This document shows, piece after piece, positions 1 through 12,030 of a stretch of DNA of 64,000 nt (position 1 is the stretch's first letter; every line of letters begins with the position of its first letter). The translations under genes were made by a program, and so were the position numbers. The notes under the pieces were generated by a model. The model did not search any database, was not told the origin of the DNA, and saw only the letters and a list, made by a program, of their open reading frames with translations. Source of the DNA: Vicinamibacteria bacterium (GTDB lineage: Bacteria; Acidobacteriota; Vicinamibacteria; Marinacidobacterales; Marinacidobacteraceae). The stretch is from positions 2,875,187-2,939,186 of the forward strand of contig CAXXLQ010000004.1 in assembly GCA_963668695.2 (NCBI GenBank), in the 5' to 3' direction.

Positions 1-597
1 GGTGTCCGGATCGCGCGCGGTGGCGCCGGCGACGAACAGCGTGTCTCCCGCCTCGATGCCCCAGGAGTAGGGAAGCTCGGGGCTCTTCATCGCCTCGGGG
101 TTGATGACTCGCCGCTCCACCCCTTGTTTCACCGCGACCATCGAGATTTCGACGAGCGCTCCCGGGATCGCGATGCCGGCCTCCACCGTCGCGCGGGTCG
201 GAGGGTCCTCGGGGAAGTACTCGCGATACACACCGTTCATCGCCTGGAAGTGCCGGATGTCCGACAGATAGACGTTGACCGCCGCCACCCGGGAAAAATC
301 GAGTCCGACCTTCTCGAGGGTGGCGCCCATGTTGTCCATCGTCTGGCGAACCTGTGCCTCGATGCCCCCCGGAACGAGATCGAGGGTGCCGGGCACGTTG
401 CCGAGGGCGCCCGCCAGATAGACGAGGTCGCCGCTTTCCCGGAACTCGGAGAAGGGCAGACCGACGTCACCCGTGTCGGCCGGAGCCTCGGGTGCTTCTC
501 CCGTACCGCCGCAGCCGAGCGCGAGAAGGATCAGGAAGGGTGCGGCAACAAATCGGGTAGATCGGAACCATCGGATACCTTGGATACGCTGGATCAT
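1..597 (-). CDS. RidA/YjgF/L-PSP family lipoprotein, tandem-domain; 3-prime end cut by window edge
   Basis: Not in the ORF track because it runs off the edge. My own minus-strand translation from ATG at 597 gives MIQRIQGIRWFRSTRFVAAPFLILLALGCGG (signal peptide plus lipobox). It continues GDLVYLAGALG..IEAQVRQTMDNMGATLEKVGLDFSRVAAVNVYLSD..PTRATVEAG..ALVEISMVAV, which is RidA-like. A second RidA-like repeat then begins (YSWGIEAGDTLFVAGATARD). Confidence 0.7.
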   Translation of the reverse strand, partial: MIQRIQGIRWFRSTRFVAAPFLILLALGCGGTGEAPEAPADTGDVGLPFSEFRESGDLVYLAGALGNVPGTLDLVPGGIEAQVRQTMDNMGATLEKVGLDFSRVAAVNVYLSDIRHFQAMNGVYREYFPEDPPTRATVEAGIAIPGALVEISMVAVKQGVERRVINPEAMKSPELPYSWGIEAGDTLFVAGATARDPDT

Positions 598-634
598 GGG
601 GGGGAGTCCTCCGGACATCTTGAGACGGCTCGCG

Positions 635-2047
635 ATGATACATTCGGGAACCCCCGCGGCCCCGCGCGAAGGCCCGCCCACCGCCGCCCCGAAACCCGGA
701 ATCCTCCCGGGCCGGTGGCGCGGACCGGCCGCCCCAAAAAGATTGCATTCCGTTTTTTGTTCCGGCCCGGGCGGCCGCCTCGCCGCCGACGGGGTTTGCC
801 TGGAGCGCGCGCTGGCCGCTGCGGGGGCATCGACGCCCGCCTACGTGTACAGCGTGCGTGCGGTTGTCGAGCGGTTTTGCGCCCTGCAGGGGGCCCTCGC
901 GGGAACCGACCATCTGATTGCGGTGGCGCTCAAGGCGAACGCCCTGCCGGCGCTGCTGATCCCGCTCCGGGATCTCGGCGCCGGGGTGGAGGCGGTTTCG
1001 GCGGCGGAATTGCTGGTGGCGAGCGGACTCGGTTTCCCCGGGAATCGGATGGTCATGTCCGGTGTCGGCAAGACCGAGGTGGACCTCGAGACCGCGCTGG
1101 ACCTTGAGGTGCGTTTTGTTTCGGTCGAATCGGGAGCGGAGCTCGAGTTGCTGAACCGGCTGGCGCTGCGACGTGGTCTCCGGGCTCGGGCGCTCCTCCG
1201 TCTGAATCCCGGAGTGGACGTGGCGACACACCCCAAAATTGCCACGGGAACCCCCGCCGCCAAGTTCGGGATGGCAGCGGCGGACGTCCTCGAGGTCGCC
1301 GAGCGGGCCCGCGACTGGCACGGGGTGGAGGTCCTTGGAGTTCACGCCCACGCGGGATCCCAGGTCCGCGACGTGGCGACCCTGGCGCGGAGCGCCGAGC
1401 GGCTCGGCAAGGTCTTCGCCCGCCTGCGCCGCTCCGGGATCCCCGTGCGGATTCTGGATGTCGGTGGCGGGCTCGGTATCCCGCACCGCGACGGAGAAGA
1501 CGAGATCCCGCTGGCTGTTTATGCGGAAGCGGTGCTGCGAACGCTCCGGGATGTTTCGGCCAGCGAATTCCCCGATGCGGATCTCACCCTCGTGTTCGAG
1601 CCGGGGCGGGCGCTCTTCGGGCCCGCGGGAGCCTTGGTGGTGCGGGTTCTTCACACCAAGCAGACCGGAACCCGGGAGTTCTGCGTCGTCGACGGCGGGA
1701 TGAACGACTTCCTGCGGCCGGCGTTGTACGGGGCCTGGCATCGCGTCGTGCCGCTCGTCCGCCGCGCGGGTCCCGATCGGGTCTTCGATGTCGTGGGCGG
1801 GGTGTGCGAGTCCGGCGACCTGTTCGGAGAAGACCGCGCGCTGCCCCCTCCGGAACCGGGAGATCTGCTCGCCGTGCTGGATGCCGGGGCCTACGGGTAT
1901 TCGATGGCCTCCAACTACAACCTGCGCCCTCGACCGGCGGAAGTCGTAACCCGGGATGGCTCCGCGTTTCTGGCGCGGCCGGCTGAGAAGCCGGCGGAAC
2001 TTGCGGCCCGCGAACTCGGTGCCCAACTGGCAGGAATTCCTGGGTGA
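635..2047 (+). CDS. lysA: diaminopimelate decarboxylase
   Basis: Motifs TPAYVYS, AVALKAN (PLP Lys), HAHAGSQ, LDVGGGLGIP, FEPGRALF, GGVCESGDLF, YGYSMASNYN. Start is ambiguous (ATG 596/635 or TTG 743). The 5-prime part of ORF 473.. overlaps the divergent ridA-like gene. Confidence 0.9.
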   Translation: MIHSGTPAAPREGPPTAAPKPGILPGRWRGPAAPKRLHSVFCSGPGGRLAADGVCLERALAAAGASTPAYVYSVRAVVERFCALQGALAGTDHLIAVALKANALPALLIPLRDLGAGVEAVSAAELLVASGLGFPGNRMVMSGVGKTEVDLETALDLEVRFVSVESGAELELLNRLALRRGLRARALLRLNPGVDVATHPKIATGTPAAKFGMAAADVLEVAERARDWHGVEVLGVHAHAGSQVRDVATLARSAERLGKVFARLRRSGIPVRILDVGGGLGIPHRDGEDEIPLAVYAEAVLRTLRDVSASEFPDADLTLVFEPGRALFGPAGALVVRVLHTKQTGTREFCVVDGGMNDFLRPALYGAWHRVVPLVRRAGPDRVFDVVGGVCESGDLFGEDRALPPPEPGDLLAVLDAGAYGYSMASNYNLRPRPAEVVTRDGSAFLARPAEKPAELAARELGAQLAGIPG

Positions 2048-2568
2048 GCGCCGACAAGGCACCGCCGCCGCGTTTCGCGCTCCTCGGGGCGCTGGCGCTC
2101 CTGACCATCCTGGCGGCGGTCCGGGTCGCCACCACGATGGACGATCCGGCCGATTTCCTGCTCGCCCTCGGCCTCGTGGCGCTCTTCACGCCCCTGAAGG
2201 CATTGATGATCCGGTGGTTGGATGGACGGCGGCCCTACCAGTCGGCGTTTGCGGCGTCCGTGTTCTCCGCGATCGTCGGCATGGTGTTTCGCGAACCGCT
2301 CAACCTGTGGTCGCTGCTGTTTCGCAGCACGATGCTGACCGCGGCCCTCGAGGCGCTTCCGCTCTTTGCGATGCGGACCTCGGATTCCCCGGTGCGAGTC
2401 CTCGTGCTGTCCGGCTACATGAGCGTGGTGGTCCATCTGCTCTCCGGCGGGTTCGTGCTGCTCTCCTGGAGACCGCTCGTCGGGGGGCTGTTGATGGTGG
2501 CCGGAGTTGGGGCGATGTGGCTTCCGCTGTTCCTCGGCGGTTTCCGGCGCACCGGGGTCCCGCGGTAG
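2044..2568 (+). CDS. hypothetical polytopic membrane protein
   Basis: GTGA start/stop overlap with lysA. Several hydrophobic helices (LLGALALLTILAAV, LLALGLVALF, VVHLLSGGFVLL, LLMVAGVGAMWLPLFLGG). No recognisable family. Confidence 0.5.
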   Translation: MSADKAPPPRFALLGALALLTILAAVRVATTMDDPADFLLALGLVALFTPLKALMIRWLDGRRPYQSAFAASVFSAIVGMVFREPLNLWSLLFRSTMLTAALEALPLFAMRTSDSPVRVLVLSGYMSVVVHLLSGGFVLLSWRPLVGGLLMVAGVGAMWLPLFLGGFRRTGVPR

Positions 2569-2651
2569 CCCGCCAACCGAGAGTCCGAGCCCGACGACGA
2601 AACTGTCGGGGAAACCGTCAGGAAACCGTCAGGAAGGCCGCGGACGGGCGG

Positions 2652-6921
<4,270 letters not shown>

Positions 6922-6930
6922 GCTCCGGGT

Positions 6931-7125
6931 ATGGCTGGCTTCCTCCTCTGGCTCCTGCTCTTGATCATCTGCTGGCCGCTCGCGCTGCTGGCGCTCCTGC
7001 TCTATCCGCTCGTCTGGTTGCTACTGCTCCCCTTCCGGTTGCTGGGCGTTGCCGTAGACGGGGTTTTCTCGCTGCTCGGCGCGATGCTGCGCCTGCCGGC
7101 CCGAGTGCTCGGCGGGCCCGGGTAA
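6931..7125 (+). CDS. small hydrophobic membrane protein
   Basis: 64 aa, almost entirely hydrophobic (FLLWLLLLIICWPLALLALLLYPLVWLLLLPF). Sits 10 nt after ligA. Confidence 0.4.
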   Translation: MAGFLLWLLLLIICWPLALLALLLYPLVWLLLLPFRLLGVAVDGVFSLLGAMLRLPARVLGGPG

Positions 7126-7143
7126 GGCTCGGAGGAGGATTCG

Positions 7144-8763
7144 ATGTCCGAACTCCGGGTGGCCGCCGCCGAGGAGCGCGCCGCAGCCCTCCGGATCGAA
7201 CTGGAGGCGGTGAGGCGCCTGCTCGCCGGACTGCCGGATCCTCCGGAGCCGCTCACCTCCGGCGAGCTGGCCGCGCGTGCCCTGGCTCCGGTTGCGAGGC
7301 GCCCGATCCGGCAGATCCCGATCCGGCAGATGCCGGCCCGGCAGATCCCGACCCGGCAGATCCCCGCACCGCCGGCGGATTCCGCACCCGGGACCATCGC
7401 CGCCGCGCGGTCCGGGCTGGCTGCGGGCCGCATCTCGCCGGTGGACCTGGTGGAGGAGGCGCTCGAACGGGCGCGGGCGTCCGAAGGACTCGGGGCGTTT
7501 CTTCTCCTCCGGGAGGAGGAGGCGCTCGCCGAGGCGCGCCGCGCGACCGAGTCGTTCGCAGCGGTCGGGCGGGGCGAGGCCGGCGCGCGCCCGCTCCTCG
7601 GGATTCCGCTCAGCGTCAAGGACATCGTTGACGTTGCCGGATTGACCACCACCTCGGGGTCGAAGTTCCCGCACGAGGCGACCCGGAGCGCACCGGCCTG
7701 GCAGGCGCTCGCCGACGCCGGGGCCATTCTGCTCGGCAAGAACAACCTGCAGGAGTTCGCCTTCGGGGTCAGCGGCGACAACCCGACCTTCGGCCGCACG
7801 CGAAACCCCCACGATCCGGGGCGCATCCCGGGTGGGTCGTCTTCGGGTTCGGCGGTGGCGGTGGCCGCCGGCGTCGGCTACGGATCGGTCGGGAGCGACA
7901 CGGGAGGCTCCATCCGGATCCCGGCGGGGCTCACCGGGGTTTTCGGATTGAAGCCGTCGTACGGCGTCGTCTCGCGGGCCGGGGTTACGCCGCTGTCGTG
8001 GAGCCTCGACCACGTCGGGCCGATCGCCCGGAGCGCGGGCGACATCGCCGCCCTCTTCGAGGCACTTTCCGCCGTGCCGGCGGTGCCGCCGCCGAGCCGT
8101 GGGCGGGAGGACTCGCAGCCGCTCGCGGGACTGCGGGTCGGAGTTCCCCTCGATTTCTTCTACACCGACCTGAGCCGGGACGCCCGCCGGGCGGCGGAGA
8201 GTGTGGTGGCGGACCTCGTCGGGCTCGGTGCCGAACGCATCGAGGTGCGGATCCCGGAAGTGGAACTGGGCGGCGTATGCCGCAACGTGCTCGCCTTCAC
8301 GGAGGCCGCGGCGGTGCATCGCGAGCGGCTCGCCGCGCGGCCGGACGACTTCAGCGAGGACGTGCGCCGGCTCCTGGAACTCGGCGGCGTGCTGTCCGCC
8401 GGCGACCTCCTCACGGCGCTCTGCTGCCGGCGATTCGTCACCGACGCCTTCACCCGGCTGTTCGACACCGTGGACATCCTGGCGGTTCCGACCACGCCCG
8501 CGGGGGCTCCGGAAGCGGGGGAGCCGCTGCTGGCCACCGGGGAAGAGATCCGTCCCGGACTCATCCGGCTGGTCGGCCCTTTCAACTTCACGGGCCTGCC
8601 CGCGCTTCAGGTTCCGGCAGGGTTCGATGCGCTCGGGATGCCGCTCGGGGCGCAGCTCGTTGCCGGCCCCGGGCAGGACGTCACGGCGATCCGGGTGGCG
8701 GCGTGGTTGGAAACGAGCGGCGCCATCCGGGCGCGCCCGCCGCCCTTCGGAACGTCAATCTGA
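7144..8763 (+). CDS. amidase-signature family enzyme (GatA-like amidase) with repeat-bearing N-terminal extension
   Basis: Amidase signature GGSSSGSAVAVAAGVGYGSVGSDTGGSIRIPA. The typical N-terminal helix ISPVDLVEEALERA is preceded by ~80 extra residues that include the IRQIP-type repeats. Confidence 0.88.
   Translation: MSELRVAAAEERAAALRIELEAVRRLLAGLPDPPEPLTSGELAARALAPVARRPIRQIPIRQMPARQIPTRQIPAPPADSAPGTIAAARSGLAAGRISPVDLVEEALERARASEGLGAFLLLREEEALAEARRATESFAAVGRGEAGARPLLGIPLSVKDIVDVAGLTTTSGSKFPHEATRSAPAWQALADAGAILLGKNNLQEFAFGVSGDNPTFGRTRNPHDPGRIPGGSSSGSAVAVAAGVGYGSVGSDTGGSIRIPAGLTGVFGLKPSYGVVSRAGVTPLSWSLDHVGPIARSAGDIAALFEALSAVPAVPPPSRGREDSQPLAGLRVGVPLDFFYTDLSRDARRAAESVVADLVGLGAERIEVRIPEVELGGVCRNVLAFTEAAAVHRERLAARPDDFSEDVRRLLELGGVLSAGDLLTALCCRRFVTDAFTRLFDTVDILAVPTTPAGAPEAGEPLLATGEEIRPGLIRLVGPFNFTGLPALQVPAGFDALGMPLGAQLVAGPGQDVTAIRVAAWLETSGAIRARPPPFGTSI
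7303..7362 (+). repeat. 4 x 15-bp in-frame tandem repeat (CCGATCCGGCAGATC) inside the amidase 5-prime extension
   Basis: Direct reading gives ccgatccggcagatc / ccgatccggcagatg / ccggcccggcagatc / ccgacccggcagatc, which encodes P-I-R-Q-I-like pentapeptides. Confidence 0.9.
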
Positions 8764-8767
8764 CTGC

Positions 8768-9109
8768 TAGCAGCCGGTGGGCAAAGTGACGTGAGCGCCG
8801 AGAGCGGTGAGGCGCCCGGCTGACAAGGCGCGTGAGGGAGGAATACCGGGTGTATTTCGACCGAAGCGCAACGATGAGCGGCGCGAAGCGACGCGTTTCA
8901 GCCGGGATGGATCGCCGCTCGAACGCCGTGTGGGTTTTGCCACAGGCTGCTAAGCAGCGCGTTTCAGCCGGGATGGATCGCCGCTCGCTTCCGGAGCGGG
9001 GCGCTAGCACCGCGGAGACCCCGGAGCGGAAGAGACGGGGGACGGGGCTGCCCGACCCCCATCTCTGCTGGCTCGGGAACGCCGCGTGACCTTGTCTACC
9101 GGCTGCTAA
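8768..9109. repeat. Mosaic MITE/REP-like element locus R1 (two units)
   Basis: Unit 1 is TAGCAGCCGGTGGGCAAAGTG ... conserved core ... GGGTTTTGCCACAGGCTGCTAA (8768-8953). Unit 2 runs from 8951 to ACCGGCTGCTAA at 9109. It fills nearly the whole amidase-fabI spacer. Confidence 0.85.
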
Positions 9110-9121
9110 ATTGGGAGCAAC

Positions 9122-9919
9122 GTGCTACTGGAAAAGAAACGAGGGCTGATCGTCGGGGTCGCGAACCACCGCTCCTTTGCGTGGGGCATCGCCCGGTCTA
9201 CGGCGCGCGAGGGCGCCGAGCTCGCCCTCAGCTTCCAGAACGAGCGGCTCCAGCGCAATGTGGACAAGCTGGCGGCCGGGCTCCCGGGGACCATCACCTT
9301 TCCGCTCGACGTCTCGAGCGAAGAGCAGTTGGAGCGCGCGGTCGAGACCGTCCGGGAACGTTTCGGCGGGCTTGACTTCCTGGTCCACGCCGTCGCCTAC
9401 GCGCTGCGCGAGGACCTCAAGGGCGATTTCGTTTCCACCTCCCGCGAAGGGTTCCGGGTGGCCCACGACATCTCGGTCTATTCGCTGACGGCGCTGGTCC
9501 GGCACTTCGCGCCGCTGCTCGAGGCGGACGGAGGCGGTTCGGCCCTGACCCTCAGCTACCTGGGAGGCGAGCGGGCGGTTCCCCACTACAACGTGATGGG
9601 GGTGGCCAAGGCGGCGCTCGAGTCCTCGGTCCGTTACCTGGCCAGCGACCTGGGTCCGCGCGGCGTTCGGGTGAACGCGATTTCGGCAGGCCCGGCAAAG
9701 ACGCTCGCCGCCTCGGGAGTCTCCGGAATCGGAAAAATGGTGGAGCACTACCGCGAATACGCGCCGCTCCGCGCCGGCACCGATCCGATGGAAGTGGGAG
9801 ACGCGGCGGCGTTCCTCCTGTCCGACGCCGCGCGCGGAATTACCGGCGAAGTGCTGCATGTGGACAGCGGATTTCACGCGCTGGGCGCGACGATTCCCGG
9901 ATTGGGCGTTGGGGCCTAG
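9122..9919 (+). CDS. fabI: enoyl-ACP reductase (NADH)
   Basis: GLIVGVANHRSFAWGIA N-terminus and the Tyr/Lys catalytic region YLGGERAVPHYNVMGVAKAALE. GTG start preceded by GGGAG. Confidence 0.9.
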   Translation: MLLEKKRGLIVGVANHRSFAWGIARSTAREGAELALSFQNERLQRNVDKLAAGLPGTITFPLDVSSEEQLERAVETVRERFGGLDFLVHAVAYALREDLKGDFVSTSREGFRVAHDISVYSLTALVRHFAPLLEADGGGSALTLSYLGGERAVPHYNVMGVAKAALESSVRYLASDLGPRGVRVNAISAGPAKTLAASGVSGIGKMVEHYREYAPLRAGTDPMEVGDAAAFLLSDAARGITGEVLHVDSGFHALGATIPGLGVGA

Positions 9920-9930
9920 CGGACAAGGCG

Positions 9931-11226
9931 ATGACCGATCCGACCCGGAACGCTGAAGAGCGGGGAGATCCGCGATTTCCGACGGGGAACGGCAACGTTC
10001 CCACCACGAAGGCGCTGATTTACGACTGGAATCGGCCGGATCCCGACAACGCCTGGTTCCCGCCCAAACCGGTCCTGCTGAACGACGAGACGCTCCGGGA
10101 CGGGCTCCAGAGCCCGTCGGTCGTGTCGCCCTCGCTCGAGAACAAGGCGAAGGTGCTCCACCTGATGGAGTCGCTGGGGATTCACTCGGCCGACATCGGG
10201 CTTCCCGCCGCCGGCCCGCACGTGGAGGAGCAGGTCCTGCATCTCGCCCGGGAGATCGTGGACAACCGGATGAAAATTCGTCCCAACTGCGCGGCGCGCA
10301 CGGTCATCTCCGACATCGAGCCGATTGCGCGGGTGGCCGACAAGGTCGGCATACCGATCGAGGTCGCGATGTTCATCGGGTCGAGTCCCATCCGCCAGTA
10401 CGCCGAGGATTGGAACCTCGATCTGCTGCTCCGCCACACCGAAAAGGCGGTGTCGTGGGCGGTCGCCCACGGCGTGCCGCCGATGTATGTGACCGAGGAC
10501 ACCACCAGGGCGCGTCCCGAGAGCATCCGCCGGCTCTACACGGCGGCGATCGAGGCGGGGGCGCGGCGCGTGGTGGTCTGCGACACCGTGGGGCACGCAA
10601 CCCCGGACGGAGTCACGCGCCTGCTGCGTTTCGTTCGCGGGGTGATCGATGACACCGGAGAGGACGTCCAGCTCGACTGGCACGGGCACCGGGACCGGGG
10701 ACTGTCCGTCCCGAACAGCCTCACCGCGATCGAAGCCGGCGCCGACTGCGTTCACGGGACCGCGATCGGCATCGGGGAGCGCTGCGGCAACGCGCCGATG
10801 GATCAGTTGCTCGTGAACCTGCGCCTCCTCGGGTGGATCGACAACGACCTGACCCACCTGGCCGACTATTGCCAGACGGTTGCCGAAGCCACTTCGACCC
10901 GCATCCCGCCCGGCTATCCGGTGGTTGGGAAGGACGCCTTTCGGACGGGGACCGGCGTGCACGCCGCGGCCATCATCAAGGCGATGGCCAAGGGCGACGA
11001 ATGGCTGGCGGACCGCGTCTATTCGGGCGTCCCGGCCGGGGACTACGGCCTCCACCAACAAGTCGAGGTCGGCCCCATGAGCGGCCTTTCGAACGTCATC
11101 TACTGGCTGCAAAAGCATGGACACGAGCCGACCGACGAGTTGAAGCACCGGATCTTTCGCGCGGCCAAGGACGCGCGACGGCTGCTGACCGATGACGAAA
11201 TCGAGGCGCTGATCGCGTCCCCCTGA
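9931..11226 (+). CDS. HMGL-like / 2-isopropylmalate synthase-family (DRE-TIM) enzyme, paralog of leuA
   Basis: LNDETLRDGLQSP, DWHGHRDRGL, and TAIGIGERCGNAPMDQLL (metal-binding HxH and GERxGN motifs). No LeuA regulatory domain. Confidence 0.7.
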   Translation: MTDPTRNAEERGDPRFPTGNGNVPTTKALIYDWNRPDPDNAWFPPKPVLLNDETLRDGLQSPSVVSPSLENKAKVLHLMESLGIHSADIGLPAAGPHVEEQVLHLAREIVDNRMKIRPNCAARTVISDIEPIARVADKVGIPIEVAMFIGSSPIRQYAEDWNLDLLLRHTEKAVSWAVAHGVPPMYVTEDTTRARPESIRRLYTAAIEAGARRVVVCDTVGHATPDGVTRLLRFVRGVIDDTGEDVQLDWHGHRDRGLSVPNSLTAIEAGADCVHGTAIGIGERCGNAPMDQLLVNLRLLGWIDNDLTHLADYCQTVAEATSTRIPPGYPVVGKDAFRTGTGVHAAAIIKAMAKGDEWLADRVYSGVPAGDYGLHQQVEVGPMSGLSNVIYWLQKHGHEPTDELKHRIFRAAKDARRLLTDDEIEALIASP

Positions 11227-11250
11227 TCGCGTCCCCCTGATCGCGTCCCC
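11209..11250 (+). repeat. 3 x 14-bp tandem repeat (CTGATCGCGTCCCC) spanning the stop codon of the preceding gene, followed by a GCGTCCC/GGGACGC hairpin
   Basis: Direct reading. The unit contains TGA, and the 14-bp period places one TGA in each of the three frames. Confidence 0.85.
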
Positions 11251-11331
11251 CTGACGGGACGCGTCGGGTTTGTCCGGCCGGCTATTGCCACTAGTGTCAT
11301 GTCACATGTGATATGTCGTATTTGACGGTAG

Positions 11332-12025
11332 CCTGCTCGTCGCCCAACGAGGGCGAGGAGGCCGCAATCCCCGCAGGGCAACGCGGACTTCGCGGCGGCG
11401 ATGGAGCGAGTGCTGGATGTCTATCGGCGTCCCTACGATGCGGCCTTTCCGGTCGTGTGCATGGACGAGACGCCCCGGCAACTGATCGGGGAGACCCGGG
11501 TGCCCATCCCGTCGGCACCGGGGCGGGCGCTGCGCCAGGACTACGAGTATCGGCGCTGCGGAACCTGCAACGTGTTCATGGCGAGCGAGCCTCTGGCTGG
11601 GCGGCGCATGACCAAGGTCACGGCCCGGCGAACCAAGACCGACTGGGCGCACTTCCTCAACGACATCGCCAAGCGGCACCCCGATGCCAAGCGGATCACG
11701 CTGGTGATGGACAACCTCAGGCACGCACCGCCCCGGCGCCTTCTACGAGACCTTTCCCCCGGCACGAGCCAAGGCGCTGTGGGACCGCTTTGAGTTCGTC
11801 TACACCCCCAAGCACGGCAGTTGGCTCAACGTCGCCGAGGTCGAACTCAATGTCCTGATCCGTCAGTGCCTCAACCGTCGCATTGACTCCCTCGAGACCC
11901 TGCGCGACGAGGTCGCGGCCTGGCAGGCGTCCCGAGACCGCATCCAGGCCAAGGTCAACTGGCAGTTCACCACGGACGATGCCCGCGTCAAGCTGAAACG
12001 CCTCTACCCGACACTTGATGAATGA
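11332..12025 (+). pseudogene. IS630-family DDE transposase remnant (N-terminal DNA-binding domain missing, 1-nt frameshift near 11725)
   Basis: ADFAAAMERVLDVYRRPYD..VVCMDETP..DYEYRRCGT..ITLVMDNL, then after the frameshift GAFYETFPPARAKALWDRFEFVYTPKHGSWLNVAEVELNVL..KLKRLYPTLDE. Only ~40 nt separate the left IR from the mid-gene sequence. Confidence 0.8.
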
Positions 12026-12030
12026 CAGGA

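Noticed and set aside
8857-8880. Hammerhead-ribozyme-like motifs in the element core (CGAAAC ... CGATGAG)
   Set aside because: The core reads ACGAUGA rather than CUGAUGA, so the essential C3/U4 are missing. The GAAA element precedes it with only ~5 nt between, so the three-stem junction cannot form.
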